From NCBI GenBank assembly GCA_004431415.1, contig QPMI01000283.1:7789-71788 (forward strand): a stretch of 64,000 nt of DNA. The letters are read 5' to 3'. This document shows, one piece after another, positions 36,006 through 47,677 of the stretch (the stretch's first letter is position 1; each line of letters begins with the position of its first letter). This DNA comes from Cyanophora paradoxa CCMP329 (taxonomy: Eukaryota; Plantae; Glaucophyta). The notes under the pieces were generated by a model. That model did not search any database and was not told where the DNA came from. It worked only from the letters and a program-made list of their open reading frames with translations. Both the position numbers and the translations under genes were made by a program.

Positions 36006-37770
36006 TCACTTCTTCTTGGCGGCGTTGCCCTTGCCGGCGCCCTTCGCCTTCTTCGCGTCCTTCTTCGCCGGCTCCTCGCCCTGCGCGGGAGATCGCGGGG
36101 GCGGGCGGGGCGAGGAGCGCGGGATGGGCGGGCCTCCTTGCGCTTGACGCTGGTGACGGTGGTGGGCCCGAAGAACGACTCGAGGCGCTTCTGCGAGGAC
36201 TTGCCTGCGCCGGGGGTCAGGGGGGCGGGGCGCGTGTAGGGGCGGGGCGGGGCGGGGCGGGCCCTTGCTCTTCTTGATCTTCTCGATGCCGCCGCGGATG
36301 CGCTTCTCGTCGAAGCCCTTCTCCCCGCACAGGAACGCCACGATCCCCTCCTCGTCGCACTCGCCCCACTTCAGCTGCGCGCCCCCGGGCTCGCCGCCCG
36401 CCCGCCCGCGGGGACTGGCGGGCCGGGGCGCGGACCTCGATCTCCTCGGCGGGGGTCACCTCGGGCTGCTTGAAGAACTCGCGCGCCTCGGCGAACTTCC
36501 AGTCCTCGGGGATCTCGTGCTTCCCGCCCTTCGCCTCCAGGTGCTTGATCACCCCCTCGATCGTGTGGTGCTCCGTGATCAGCTTCAAGGCGTTCACGGG
36601 GCCCACGCCTGCGCGCCGCGTCGGCCCGGGCCGCCTCGGCGGGGGCGGGGCGGGGCGGGCCCTTGATGGTGGCGCAGTAGTCGCAGCCAAGGAGGATGCA
36701 GAGGTCGATGAACTGCGCGCCGCGCGTGAGGCGCCGGTGGGGCCGGGGCCGGGCGGGGCGGCGGGGCGGGACCTCGTCCATGGTGAGCTTGAGGCCGGCG
36801 AGGACGGCGGAGAGGCTGAACTCGGCGATCGACTGCTTTTGCGCCTCGCTCGCCGTCAGGTGCCGCACCACCGTCGGCGTCCCGAACGTCAGCGAGTCCA
36901 TGTCCTCCGTCCCCGTCCCGTCCACCTGCCCCGCCCCGTCGCGCCCCGCCCGCCGAACCCGCCCCCACGCCCGCGCACCTTGCCCTTCTTCGTCAGCTCC
37001 GCGCACTGCGCCTCCGCCTCGCAGGGCGCCTGCCGGTCGGGTCGCGCCGGCGCCGGGGGGGAGGGGCGGGGCCGGCGGGCCTGGACGACGGGGATGCCCA
37101 TGAGGGTGAGGAGCTTCTTCATGTCCTCGTTGTGCTCCTTCGTCACCCGCACCGTCCGCTTCTCGAACTTCTGCAGGTCCTCCGCCGTCCCTGCCGCCCC
37201 CGCGTCAAGACGGGCGCGACCAGCAGCGCGGGAGAGCGGGCACGGCCGCACCGCCCTCCTTCTGCTCCTCCACGCGCGCCTGGGCCTCTGCAAGCCGCTC
37301 CTTGCGCTTCGCGAGCTGCGGGCGAGGTTGGAGAGCGCGCAGGGACGGCGTGGCGCCGCTCGAAACACCGACCTCGCCGGACTTGAGCGTCGGCGCCTTC
37401 CCGTCGAACACGAAGACAGGTTTGATCCCTGCCTCCAGGATGCGGATCGTGCGATACCACGTCCCCGACAGGTGGCTGCCGCGCACTGTCAGTGGGGCGC
37501 GAGGCGCGTGGAGCGAGTGGAGGGAGGCACGCGCCTCGTAACGTCGCCGGCCTCCGACTTGAGCATTTCGCCGCCGTGCCGCACGCCGATCTGTATGTGG
37601 AGGTGAGCGGCGGCGACTACGCATGCGGGCGCGGGGCGCACGAGGAACTGGTAGAGACTCATGCTGGCGTCGATTGCGATGCGCTTGCCGAAGTATGACT
37701 CGATCGAGCGCTCCTTGATTGCATTCTGTGCGTTGTCGCCGATGAGCTTCGTGAGGTTCTTGATTCCCAT
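36006..37770 (-). CDS. FEN1: Flap endonuclease 1; 12 exons
   Basis: [67 protein letters not shown] and PIP box QKRLESFF. Confidence 0.97.
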
Positions 37771-38288
37771 CGCAGCGGGTTTAAATGTCCAGCGGTGGCA
37801 ACAGCCTGAGTGCAAACTGCAGAGGCGCTCTGTTTGTGGTGCTCCGGTGCAGCGCTACTGCTCCTGGGTTTTGGCGGTCTTTTTCAAATTCGGACTTTCG
37901 GGGCAGCCAGTTTCGGGCAGCAGCAGCGGTTTCGGGGAAGCGGTCTTGAGATTTGCAGCTAGCGCTGCGCGCCGCGCACATGTACATGCGCATGCGCGCC
38001 TCGATGTCGCATCGAAGTGAAGGCTTCGATATCGATTTCGACGCGCTCGCGCTCGCCCGGCCAGGTCCAGCGCAGCGGCAAGCCCGGCGCGGCCACGGGG
38101 CCGCCGCGCGCGCGAGCGGCCCGGCCGTACGCGTACGGCCGCGGTTCGTAAACGCGGTAGCGTTTGCATGAATTGATGAAAAAATAATGAACATGCATAA
38201 TCTAGAGCGTAATCTGTACAAGTACATCACAGCACCAAATTAAAAAAGCAAAAAGGAGATCTAAACTAGAGGCCTATAGCTAGGCCGT

Positions 38289-40742
38289 TCAGCTGGGGAC
38301 GAGCTGCATGATGACGTAGTTGCGGCGGAGGTCCTGGACGGTCCAGTCCTTGCGGCAGAGGGGGCACTTGCGTGCCGGCTGCCCGGGCCCGCCCATCTTG
38401 GAGGCGCATCCGTGGCAGATGGAGTGCCCGCACGCCAGCACGAGGGCGATGCGGCCCGCCTCCCGCGAGTAGAGCTCTGCGGGGGGGCACGCGCGTCAGC
38501 AGCCTGGCCGTGGAGGGCGCGCGCGGGGCGGGGCGGGGCGGACCGAGGCAGACGGGGCAGGTGCAGACGTCCTCGCTCTTGGCGGAGGCGGCGTCGGCGG
38601 CCCCCGAGCGGAGGGCCTCGAGGGGCGGGTAGAGCGGCTGCTCCGACGACATGTCCGGCAGCTCCGAGAGCGACGGCAGCGCCGGCAGCGGCGGGGCGCT
38701 CGCCACCGAGGCAGGCCCCGCGGCGGCCCGGGGGGCCGAGGCCACGGGGGCGGCGTGCCGCTGCTGCGCGCGCGCGGGGCGCGGGGCCGGGGGGCTGTGG
38801 GCCGGCGGGGCGGGGGAGCGGGCGGCGGGCGGTCGATGGCGTAGGTGAAGCTGCGGGGGAGGGCGTCAGGGCCGGGCGGCGGGGGCGGGGGAGGCGGGGC
38901 AAACCCGTCGATGTCGACGAGCTCGACGTCGGCGTCGCGCACGGCGGCGGCGGGGCCCGGGCGGCGGCGGCGGCGGCGCGGCGGGAGCGGGCGCGGTAGA
39001 CGTAGAGGACGGCGCCGAGGAGAGCGACGGCGACGGCGACGGCGGCGCCCGCGACGGCGTACATCGCCGCCCCGGAGAAGAGGCCGGCGGGGGCGGGCGA
39101 GGAGGAGGCCTTGGCCGAGGTGGAGGAGGAGGAGGAGGAGGAGGAGCCGGCGGTGCTCGAGGCGGAGGGCGAGAGGGCCGAGGGCGTCGTCGCCGGCGTC
39201 CCCGAGGCCGACGAGGCCGAGCCCGGGGCGGCGAGGAGCGAGACCGAGTTGCCCTTCACCGTGCTCCCCCGCGAGTCCAGCGCCGCGCCGGAGAGGGCGG
39301 CGGGGAGGGCGGCGGCGAGGGCCGGGGTGACGGGGGCGGCGGCGGTGGACTGCAGCTCGAACTCGGCGACGACGCTGCCCGACGTGAAGCGGCGGAAGCG
39401 GACGGCCGAGGCCGGCACGGGGACAGCGCCGGCGCGGGAGGCGGCGGCGGCGATGGCGGCGGCCCAGGCGTCGGCGTAGGCCTTGTACTGGGCGGAGAAG
39501 GTCGCGAAGGCGAGGTCCACGGAGAGGGAGAGGACAGCCGAGGAGGCCGCCGCCGTCGCCGCCCCCGTCGCCGGCACCAGCGACGGCGCCGCGCTCGCCG
39601 GGTCCGAGACGAAGGGGACGGCGGCGGGGATGGCGAGGAGGACGGGGGAGGCGGCGAGGACGGGCGAGGAGGCGTCGAGCCAGGTGGCGGAGGGGCGGGA
39701 GCCCATGGCGGCGAGGGCGGCGACGGCGGCGAGCAGCGCCTCGGGGCCGAGCGAGGCGGCGTCCACCTCGGCGAGGACGAGCACGGGGAGCAGGCCGCCC
39801 TGCGAGGCCGCCAGCCGCTCGCCGCGCCGCAGCGTCCGCAGCGTCACCGCCGACGCCGGCACGCCGGCCCAGGCCGCCAGCGAGGCCCGCCAGGCGGCGG
39901 CGGCGGCGTCGGGGCGGCCGCGAGCTGGCTCCAGTCCCGCGAGACGGTGAAGTTGACCACCGCGGAGGAGGCGAGCGGGTCCCGCCCTGCGCACACGCCA
40001 GCGTCAGGGCCGGCGGACACGCGCGGGGCAGGGAAGGGCGGACCGATGGGAACGGCGGGGACGAGGGCGGGGGCGCCCTCGAGGGTCGTCGCCCGCCACG
40101 CGCTCGCGGCGGCGCTCGGAGCGGGGGTCGCCGTCGGGGCCGCCGGCTTCGGCGAGGGCGTCGCCCGCGGCTGCTGCGTCGCCCGCGGCAGCGGCGTCGG
40201 GCTCGCCGCCCGCGTCGGGGCCGGGCCCCGCGTCGGCTTCGGCGTCTCCGTCGGCTCCGGCCTGGGGCCCCAGTCCCAGTCCTCGTCTTCGTCCGGGGTC
40301 GGCTCTGCCGGGTTGGGCGTCCAGAGCGGCGGCTCCCAGCTCGGATCTGGCGACGGCCAGGGGCCCCACGAAGACTCCGGGTACGGCGACGGCAGCGGCG
40401 TGCTCGAGCTGCCCGGGGGCGGCGGCGGCGGCGGGTCGGACGGCGGGTTCTGGCAGCGCCAGCTCCACCACGGCCTGCACCCGCCGTCGTCGTCGTGCTC
40501 CTTCAGCGCACGATGATGCGCCCCTTCCTGTAATTTAATCTCGACCGTCGGGCTGGCATCGCCCTCCGCCCTGCCGGCATCCAATTCGACGATCGGCAAC
40601 CCTACTGGGAGTTAGCCAGGCCCAGCGAGCACTGGAATGGTCTGGACTCACCAAAATTCTCAACGTGACTAAATGCGACCAGCACGACCAGCACGGTCGC
40701 GGCAGCGGCGACGAGGGCCGCGCGGCGGGGAGGGCGCGCCAT
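38289..40742 (-). CDS. Type I membrane protein: signal peptide, Pro/Thr/Trp-rich stalk, SEA-like modules, TM helix and cytosolic C3HC4 RING finger
   Basis: Signal MARPPRRAALVAAAATVLVVLVAF; TM YAVAGAAVAVAVALLGAVLYVY followed by RARSRR; RING CPVCL...LACGHSICHGC...KCPLCR. Needs two single-base corrections in C-runs (about 39912 and 38953). Confidence 0.7.
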
Positions 40743-41105
40743 GGCTCAAGGCTCCAGCTTGCCGGAGCTGCGCGTCGATGCTCTTCCTGTTGCTTCTGTG
40801 AAGTGGCGGTCGCTCCCGAGTGTCCGATCGGTCTCGCGTGCGCATGCTTCCACGTAAAGAGCGTTGCTTCCACTGAAACTTCAGGGGGGGAGAAACGCCA
40901 AACTCCATGTACCCGTCACGCGGGTGGGGAATGAAAGCGACTGGGGTACAAGCAGCGAGCGGTTTGGCTCCTGCTATAGTGACAAACAGCTACACAGACA
41001 AGCAAGCCGAGCCGGCGAGGTGACGCGCACAGGGCGAGCGGGGCAGCCCGCGCCGGCCCCCAGGAGCCCCAGAGCTAACTTGAGACTTCACGGCCGGGAG
41101 TCGCC

Positions 41106-44100
41106 ATGCAGTTAGATAGCAGCCAGGCGACGTTCTCCTCGGAGCTAAGAAAGCTGCTCGGTGCGCCTGGCCGCGCCTCAGCGCCTGCAGACCCTGCAGC
41201 CCCTGACGGCGCCTGCAGACCCCGTGAACGCACCCGTAAAGTTCCAGGTGCAGTCGCCGTGCGCTCGTTGTGGGCGGGCGGCGTGCCGAAGCGCCTGCCC
41301 GCCGCCCCAGGTCCCCAAGAAGTGGAAGAAGAAGAAGCGTGGGGTTGGGGAGCCGGTGGAGAGCCTCCCGCGGGTGCGGTGGCGGCGTTGCGGCGCGCCG
41401 GGCTGGCCTGCGGGGCGCGGGCTGAGGGCGGGCGCGGCAGGAGTCGCTTGAGGCGCGATGGAGGGAGACGTTCTCTGTGGAGGACCGCGGGGGCCGCCTC
41501 GGCATGAACGGCGGCCGCTTGCAGTACGGGCGCGAGCGCGAGGTCAACCAGTTCCGCAAGGAGACGAAGGCGAGCCTCATGCAGAAGCGTGTCGTCCCCG
41601 AGGAGTACAAGGAGACCGTCGAGGGCTACAAGCGGACCCTCGCGGAGGACGAGCGGCGCGCCCCTTAGAGCCCCCGCCCGCCGCCGCGCCGCGCCGCTGA
41701 CGCCGCGCCAGGCGGGGCATCGCTGAGTCGTCGTACTACGGGGGCCGCCCGGGCAGCCCGCTGCGGGGCGTGGGCGGCTCGCGGCCGGTGACGCCGCAGA
41801 GCGAGAACGTCTTCACTCTGCCGGCGGAGAACGGGCACGGGCGGCAGGACGCGAACATCGCGGCGGCGATGCGGGAGGCGCGGGAGCGGGAGCGCGCCCT
41901 CCAGGAGAAGCTCTACGCCGCCAAGCTCAAGGCCATCCGCTTCGGGCCCGAGGAGGGCTACGCCGCCGCCCCCTCCCTGCCCTTCGGCCCCTCGGTCAAG
42001 TTCTTCCACGTGCTCGTGCCAAAGCGGCGCAAGGCGCGCGACGAGGACGGCGCGCCGGCCCCCGGCGCCCTCGCCCGCCCCGCCTCCATCGCCGAGGCCC
42101 TCGGCGGCTCCCGCGCCGGCGGCTCGGCGGCCCGCGCCGGCCCGCCCGCCTCCGTCGCCCGGGGCGTCCCGGGCTCGGTGGTGCGCGGCTCGCCGGGGCC
42201 GGCCCCCGAGGATGGCGGGGGCGGGGAGCGGGAGGAGGGCGGGGCCGGGGAGGAGGAGGAGGGGGAGGAGGCGGGCCCGCCGGCGGCGGCGGGGAACCTG
42301 CGGACGGGGGGCGTGCGGGTGCTCATCCCGGACACGATCGTGGTGGGGGAGCCCGAGGTGGACAGCAGCCTCTGGTACTTCACGTCGCTCCAGGACGGCC
42401 GCGTCTGCTGCTTCGACGTCCGCGCCGAGCGGGAGATCCTGCGCCAGCTCGGCCGCCCGCAGGCCCCCGGCGAGCCCGTGGCCCTCGTCAAGCGCCTGGA
42501 CCCCCGCGGCGCCTGCAACCGCGTCGAGGTCCTCGACACCGCCGGCCTCGACGCCTTCGTCAAGACCAGCATGAGCGCCGGCGTCCCCTTCCTCATCCAG
42601 CGCTTCGTCCGCCCCGGCGGCCAGCGCCCGTACATCGTGCGGGCGCACTGGCGGGCCGGCCTGCCGACCATCGCGTACGTCATCTCCTCGCGGCGCTCGT
42701 TCGAGGAGGCGGCGCGGGGCCCGGGCGAGGCGAGCCTGAAGCAGCGCTACTGCGTGGACGTGGACGCCGGCCCCGCGGCGACGAGCGTGGTGCAGGTGCC
42801 GGCGGGGGGCGGCGCCTCGGGGTGGGCCCCCGCGGGGGAGATCAGCAGCGAGCTGGCCCGGCACATCGAGCGGAGCGCGCGGCCCGGCGTGCGCCTCGAG
42901 GAGCTCGTCCTCGACTTCGTGCGCGACGCCGCCGGCCGCTGGTGGCTCCTCCAGTGCAAGGCCTTTCGCGCCTCCGCCCTGCCCCGCGCCCCGGGCTCCC
43001 CGGACCCCGACGACCCCGACGAGCCGCCCCGGGCCGCGCGGGCCCTGCAGCGGAGCGCCAGCGCGGGGGCGGCGCGGGGCGGGGCCAAGGAGGTGTGCGC
43101 GGGGGACTACTGCCGCGGCGTGCCCCCCGACGACCCCTTCCTCGTGCGCAGCCCCCGCCCCCGCTTTCGCTGCCCCGGCTGACGCGCGTGCAGGCGTCGC
43201 TGTACGCGGCGGACGTGCCGGGCCCGACGGCGGCGCGGGAGACCAAGTTCGCGGCGCTGATGCGGGCGTCGGGCCTGGGGCACATGGTCTCCCAGGGCTC
43301 GGGCCCGCACCGGGGGAAGGCCCCGCGCGACGACTCGGACTCGTCGGTGCGCCCCGCCGTGGAGGCGGGCCTGGTAGAGGAGGCGGACTACGAGCGGGGC
43401 CTGCGGGCGCGGGTGGCGGCGGCGGGGCGCCCCGAGTACGCGGTCGCCTACCGCTCGATCGTCCTCGACCGCCGCGAGCGCCGCGACGCCGACGCCGCCC
43501 GCGCCCGCTCCCCGGAGCGCCCCGCCGCCCCCTCCTCCTCCCGCTCCCCCGACCGCCCCGCCACCGCCGCCGCCTCCGCCGCCGCCCGCCGCGCCTCGGT
43601 CCTCGCCTCGGGCGGGGACGGGAGGGGGCGGGCGGGAGGGGGCGGGGGCAGGGCCGCGGGCGGGGCGGGGCGGCGGAGGCGGCGTCGCGGTACCGGGAGG
43701 TCCCCGCGGTGTACGTGAAGGACCGGCTCGACGTCGCCCCGCGCACCTCTACGCCCCGGCCCGCGTCTGCGAGCACTGCTACCTCGTCTACGCCCGCCTC
43801 GACGCCGCCCGCGACGCCCGCCAGGCCGCCGCCGCCGCCGCCGCCGCCGCGAGGAGCGCGCCTCCCGCGCCTCCCTCTCCCGCGCCGCCTCCGCCGCCCC
43901 CTCCCGCCGCTCCGCCGCCCGGCCCTCCACCGCCCCCGCGGGCGGGGCGCCCTCGCGGCGCCGCCCTCGCCGCCCGAGTCGCCCGGGGCGGACCCCGAGG
44001 CGTCGGGGGGCCTTCGGAGGGGGAGCTCGAGGTGGTGGGCCTCTCGGTGGACGCCTCGGGGCTCGCCCTCGGGGCCTCCGCGTCGGCCCCTCCCTCGGCC

Positions 44101-44945
44101 ACCCCGCCGGCCGCTCCCGCCTCGACCCCGCCGTCCAGCGCGCCGAGCGCCCGACAGCCTCCGCCTCGAGCCTGCGGAAGCGCTTCGCGTACGCGCTGAT
44201 GAACCCCGTCGACGCGCGCGAGGCGCAGCGCCTTGGGCTGGCCCCCGCCGAGGCGGCCGCCCGGCGGCCCCTCGGGGACGTCCTCCTCTCCGACGGCCAC
44301 CCGCACTCGCCCGGCGCCGCCCTCTACCCGCGCGGCGCCCGCTCGCAGTCCGCCTCGGGCTCGGCCTCGGGCTCGCGGCTGGGGCCCCGCCCGGCGACGG
44401 CCTCGGGCGCCCTCGTCGTCCGCCACACGCGCCCCGAGCCGCAGCCGCACGGCCCCCCAAGCGGCCCCCCGCCCCTACACCTTCTCCATCCTCCACACCC
44501 CGGCCCCCGGCACGGCCCCCTCGCCGGCGGCGGAGCGGCTGCAGCGGTCGGGCTCGGCGGGGGCGTCGCGGGGGCGGGGCGCGGGGCGAGCCGGGGCGCC
44601 TCGCGGGCCTCGGAGGCGGCCTCGAGCGCCTGGGCCGACGAGATGGAGCTCGCCGCCCGCTCCCACCCGCCCCGCGCCCCCGCACCCGCCCCGCACCCGG
44701 CCCCGCCGGCCCATGCTTCGGACGGCTCGCCGACCGCGGCCTCGGAGAAGCGGGCCCCGCTGGAGCACTCCGGAAGCGTCAACCGCACCCTCGACAATAC
44801 CTCGGCGCGCCCCGCCCCGCCCGCCGCCCTCGCCTGCGGACCGGCGGCCGCTGACGGGGGCGCGGGGCCGCAGAACGTGCTCTCGGAGCTCGACGCAATG
44901 CTGGCGCAGCTCTCCCACGACCTCACCTCCTCCTCCCTCGCCTAG
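41106..44945 (+). CDS. Hypothetical protein with ATP-grasp-like central domain and Cys motifs (multi-exon)
   Basis: Long coding-like exon 41711-43143 with VLIPDTIVV, WYFTS, FLIQRFVRP, LVLDFVRDAAGRWWLLQCK; CAGDYC and VCEHCY motifs; low-complexity tail. Confidence 0.6.
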
Positions 44946-45327
44946 CCCTTCTATTCGCACGTGCACGTAGGCAGCCGAGAGGATTCGCAGCCTAGAATAC
45001 ATAGGTGTCTCTATCTACATTGCGTCATTTCCAGCTTCGAATTTCTGTAGCTGCGCATGCATGCCGGCGCCGAGCGCGCGCGAGCGTATTGCCAAGTTGT
45101 GTCGAAGGCTACTGAGCGCGGGTTCGGCGCCAGGCGGGGGTAGTTTCTGAGGGGTGCGGCGGTTACGAGTACGTACGCGCTCACCGAGGCAGCGGCGATC
45201 TCTAAGCGGTTAGAGCGTCCCAGCGACGATCACAGGTGGTGAGATCGCGCTTGCCCCGGCTGTGAGTGAAAGGAGCCTCAGGCAAGCGGTGCGATAGCAG
45301 CGAGCGCCTCGGGCCAATCGAGCTTCA

Positions 45328-47466
45328 ATGGAGCTCGAGATGCGGTCCCGGGATTGCGCGGCGTCCGGGAGCGGCGGCGCGTACGTGGTGGACGCACGCG
45401 GCTCGCCGGGCAGCTACCCGGACCTGGCGGCCGCCTGGCGGGCCGTCGAGGCCGCCGCAGAGCGCTCCCGCTCCGTGGAGATCACCGTACGCGAGGGGAA
45501 GTACACGCACAAGGGCCGCGTCCGGCTCAAGTGAGCGCCCCTGTTGCAACCTTAACGCGCGCTCGGCGCACTCGCAGCCGCGCCGGAGCGTTGAGCGGGG
45601 CGGGGCAGGGTGCAGGGGCGGGAGGTGGTGGTGCGCGGCGAAGGGCGCGCGGTGCTGCAGCAGGCCGAGGAGGACGCCGTCGCGCTCTTCGTCGAAGGGG
45701 ACGGCGCCGCCGTCACCCTCCGCGACCTCACCGTCCTCGGCGGCGTCCGCTTCGAGGGCACCAAGTCCAGGCGCGCCCCGGATCGGCCCCCCGCCGATCC
45801 CCGCCAGCGCGCCCCGCCCTGACGCGCCGCAGCTGGCGGGTGGAGGCCTGCGCGGTGAGCGGGGACGGCGAGGGGAACGCGCTGCGGGCGACGGGGGACG
45901 GGTGCGCTGGGAGCCGATTGGAGGTGGTGCGGTGCCGCGTGTCGAACAGCGTCGGGTGCGCGGGGATCGCGTTCGCGGCGCCCGAGGCCAAGCTGCGCGT
46001 GGCGGCCACGGAGGTCGCCCGCTGCGAGACGGGGATCGCCCTGGGGCCCCACGACCCCGCCGCGGAGATCACGAACTGCCACATCCACGCGTGCGGCGTC
46101 GGGCTCTCCTTCGTGCGGCCCTGCGCCGCCCGCGTCGAGCGCTGCGCCCTCTGGGCGGCCCCCGTGCGCTTCACGGACGCCGAGGAGGAGGACCCGGACG
46201 CCGAGTGCGCCCCTTTCGTCGCCCTCGACGCCTGCACCGTGCCCCCCGCCCCCGCCCCGCCCCCGCCCCCGCCCCGCCCCGACCCGCCCCCTCAGATGAC
46301 GCCGAGCGCCCGCCGGGCCTGCCCCGCTCCCGCCGGCCCCTTCTCCGGCCCCGTCCTGTGGCGGGTGCGCCGCGCCGCTTCGCTCCGCGCCGCGGCGGGG
46401 GGCGGGGCGAGTGGGGCCGGGCGGCAGGCGAAGCGCCCCGGGCGCTGCTGGAGGCCCTCGCGGGGGCCTTCGAGGCCGCGAACCCGCCCGAGGGCCGCCC
46501 CGCCCCGGCCCTGGGCGGCGAGGGCGGCGGGGAGGCGTACCCCCCGCCGGACGTGACGTTCCGCGTGGCGGCGGGGCCGGAGGAGGGCGCCTCGGCCTTC
46601 GTCGGGCAGGCGCCCCCCGTCGTCACCCTCCGCGCCCACTCCTTCCTCCTCCTCGTGCGCCCCCGCCCCGCCCCGCCCCGCCCCCCCTCCACCCCCGCGC
46701 CCCGGGGGCGCCTGGCGAGGGCGGGGCGGGCGCAGTTGGCGAGCGGGTACTTCCGGCGGATGTTCGGGTCGGGGATGCGGGAGGCGCGGACGCGGGTGGT
46801 GGAGGTGACGGAGTACGGCGCCGACACGCTGCGCGCCGTGCTCCGCTTCCTCTACACCGGCGAGCTCGAGGTCGAGGGCGACGCCGGCGCCGGCCCCGAC
46901 CGCCCCGCCCCGCTCCTCGAGGCCCGCCCGCCCCGCCCGCCCCGCCCCCCGCCCTCGAGCTGCGGCTAACGGGGAGCTCGCGGGGGGCCCGCAGCTCCTG
47001 GACGCGGCGAGCTACTACGAGCTGGGGGCGCTCAAGGAGGCGGTGGCGGCGCTGCTGGAGACGCCGGCGGCGCTCAGCCCCGAGAGCGCCCCCGCATCGC
47101 CGAGCGCGCCGAGCGCGCCGGCTGCACAGCCCTCCGCGACGCCGCCCTCGCCGCCGCCGCCGCCGACACCGATGCCGGCACCGGCGCCGACGCCAAGGCG
47201 CGCGCGCCCACGCCCGCCGCGCGCCGCGGCCGGTGCCGGTGCCTGTCGCCTCGGAGCTGACGAGACGGCAGGACCTGGACGGGCCGGGGCAGGGCGGCGC
47301 GGGCCCTGGGGCGAAAACCGGCCTCGCCGCCGTCTCGGCGCTGGCGGAGCGGCTGAGCTTGCGGAGGGGGGTCGGCGGTGGCGGGGCGGCGGGGCCGCCC
47401 CCGAATCGCATGGCCTCTTTCACCTCGCGCCTCGCATGCATCTTCCAGCCCTCCCAGGGCCAGTAG
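45328..47466 (+). CDS. Right-handed beta-helix + BTB/POZ domain protein (multi-exon)
   Basis: N-terminal VVD...YPDLAAA...ITVREGKY and beta-helix-like repeats (AEITNCHIHACGVGLSF); BTB block PDVTFRV...LRAHSFLL|LASGYFRRMFGSGMREA...AVLRFLYTGEL...LLDAASYYEL. Confidence 0.8.
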
Positions 47467-47677
47467 GCAGATGCGCGTGCGTGCCGTGGCCGGGCCCAAT
47501 CAACATACAATCAACCCATTGCAATTGCGAATGCTGCAACACGACACAATACCGTAATGCGGGGAGGGCCACATGCGAACACGGACCTCCACTTCATCTT
47601 CGCGGGCGCGCGCTCGCGGCGGGGCGCCCGTGCCGGGGGCCGCGCGGGGCGCGCGGGGCGGTGCGGGGGCGGGGCGC

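Noticed and set aside
44946-45327. tRNA, snRNA or snoRNA in intergenic gaps and long first introns
   Set aside because: No cloverleaf, Sm site or correctly arranged C/D boxes recognised by eye; a covariance search would be needed to exclude them.
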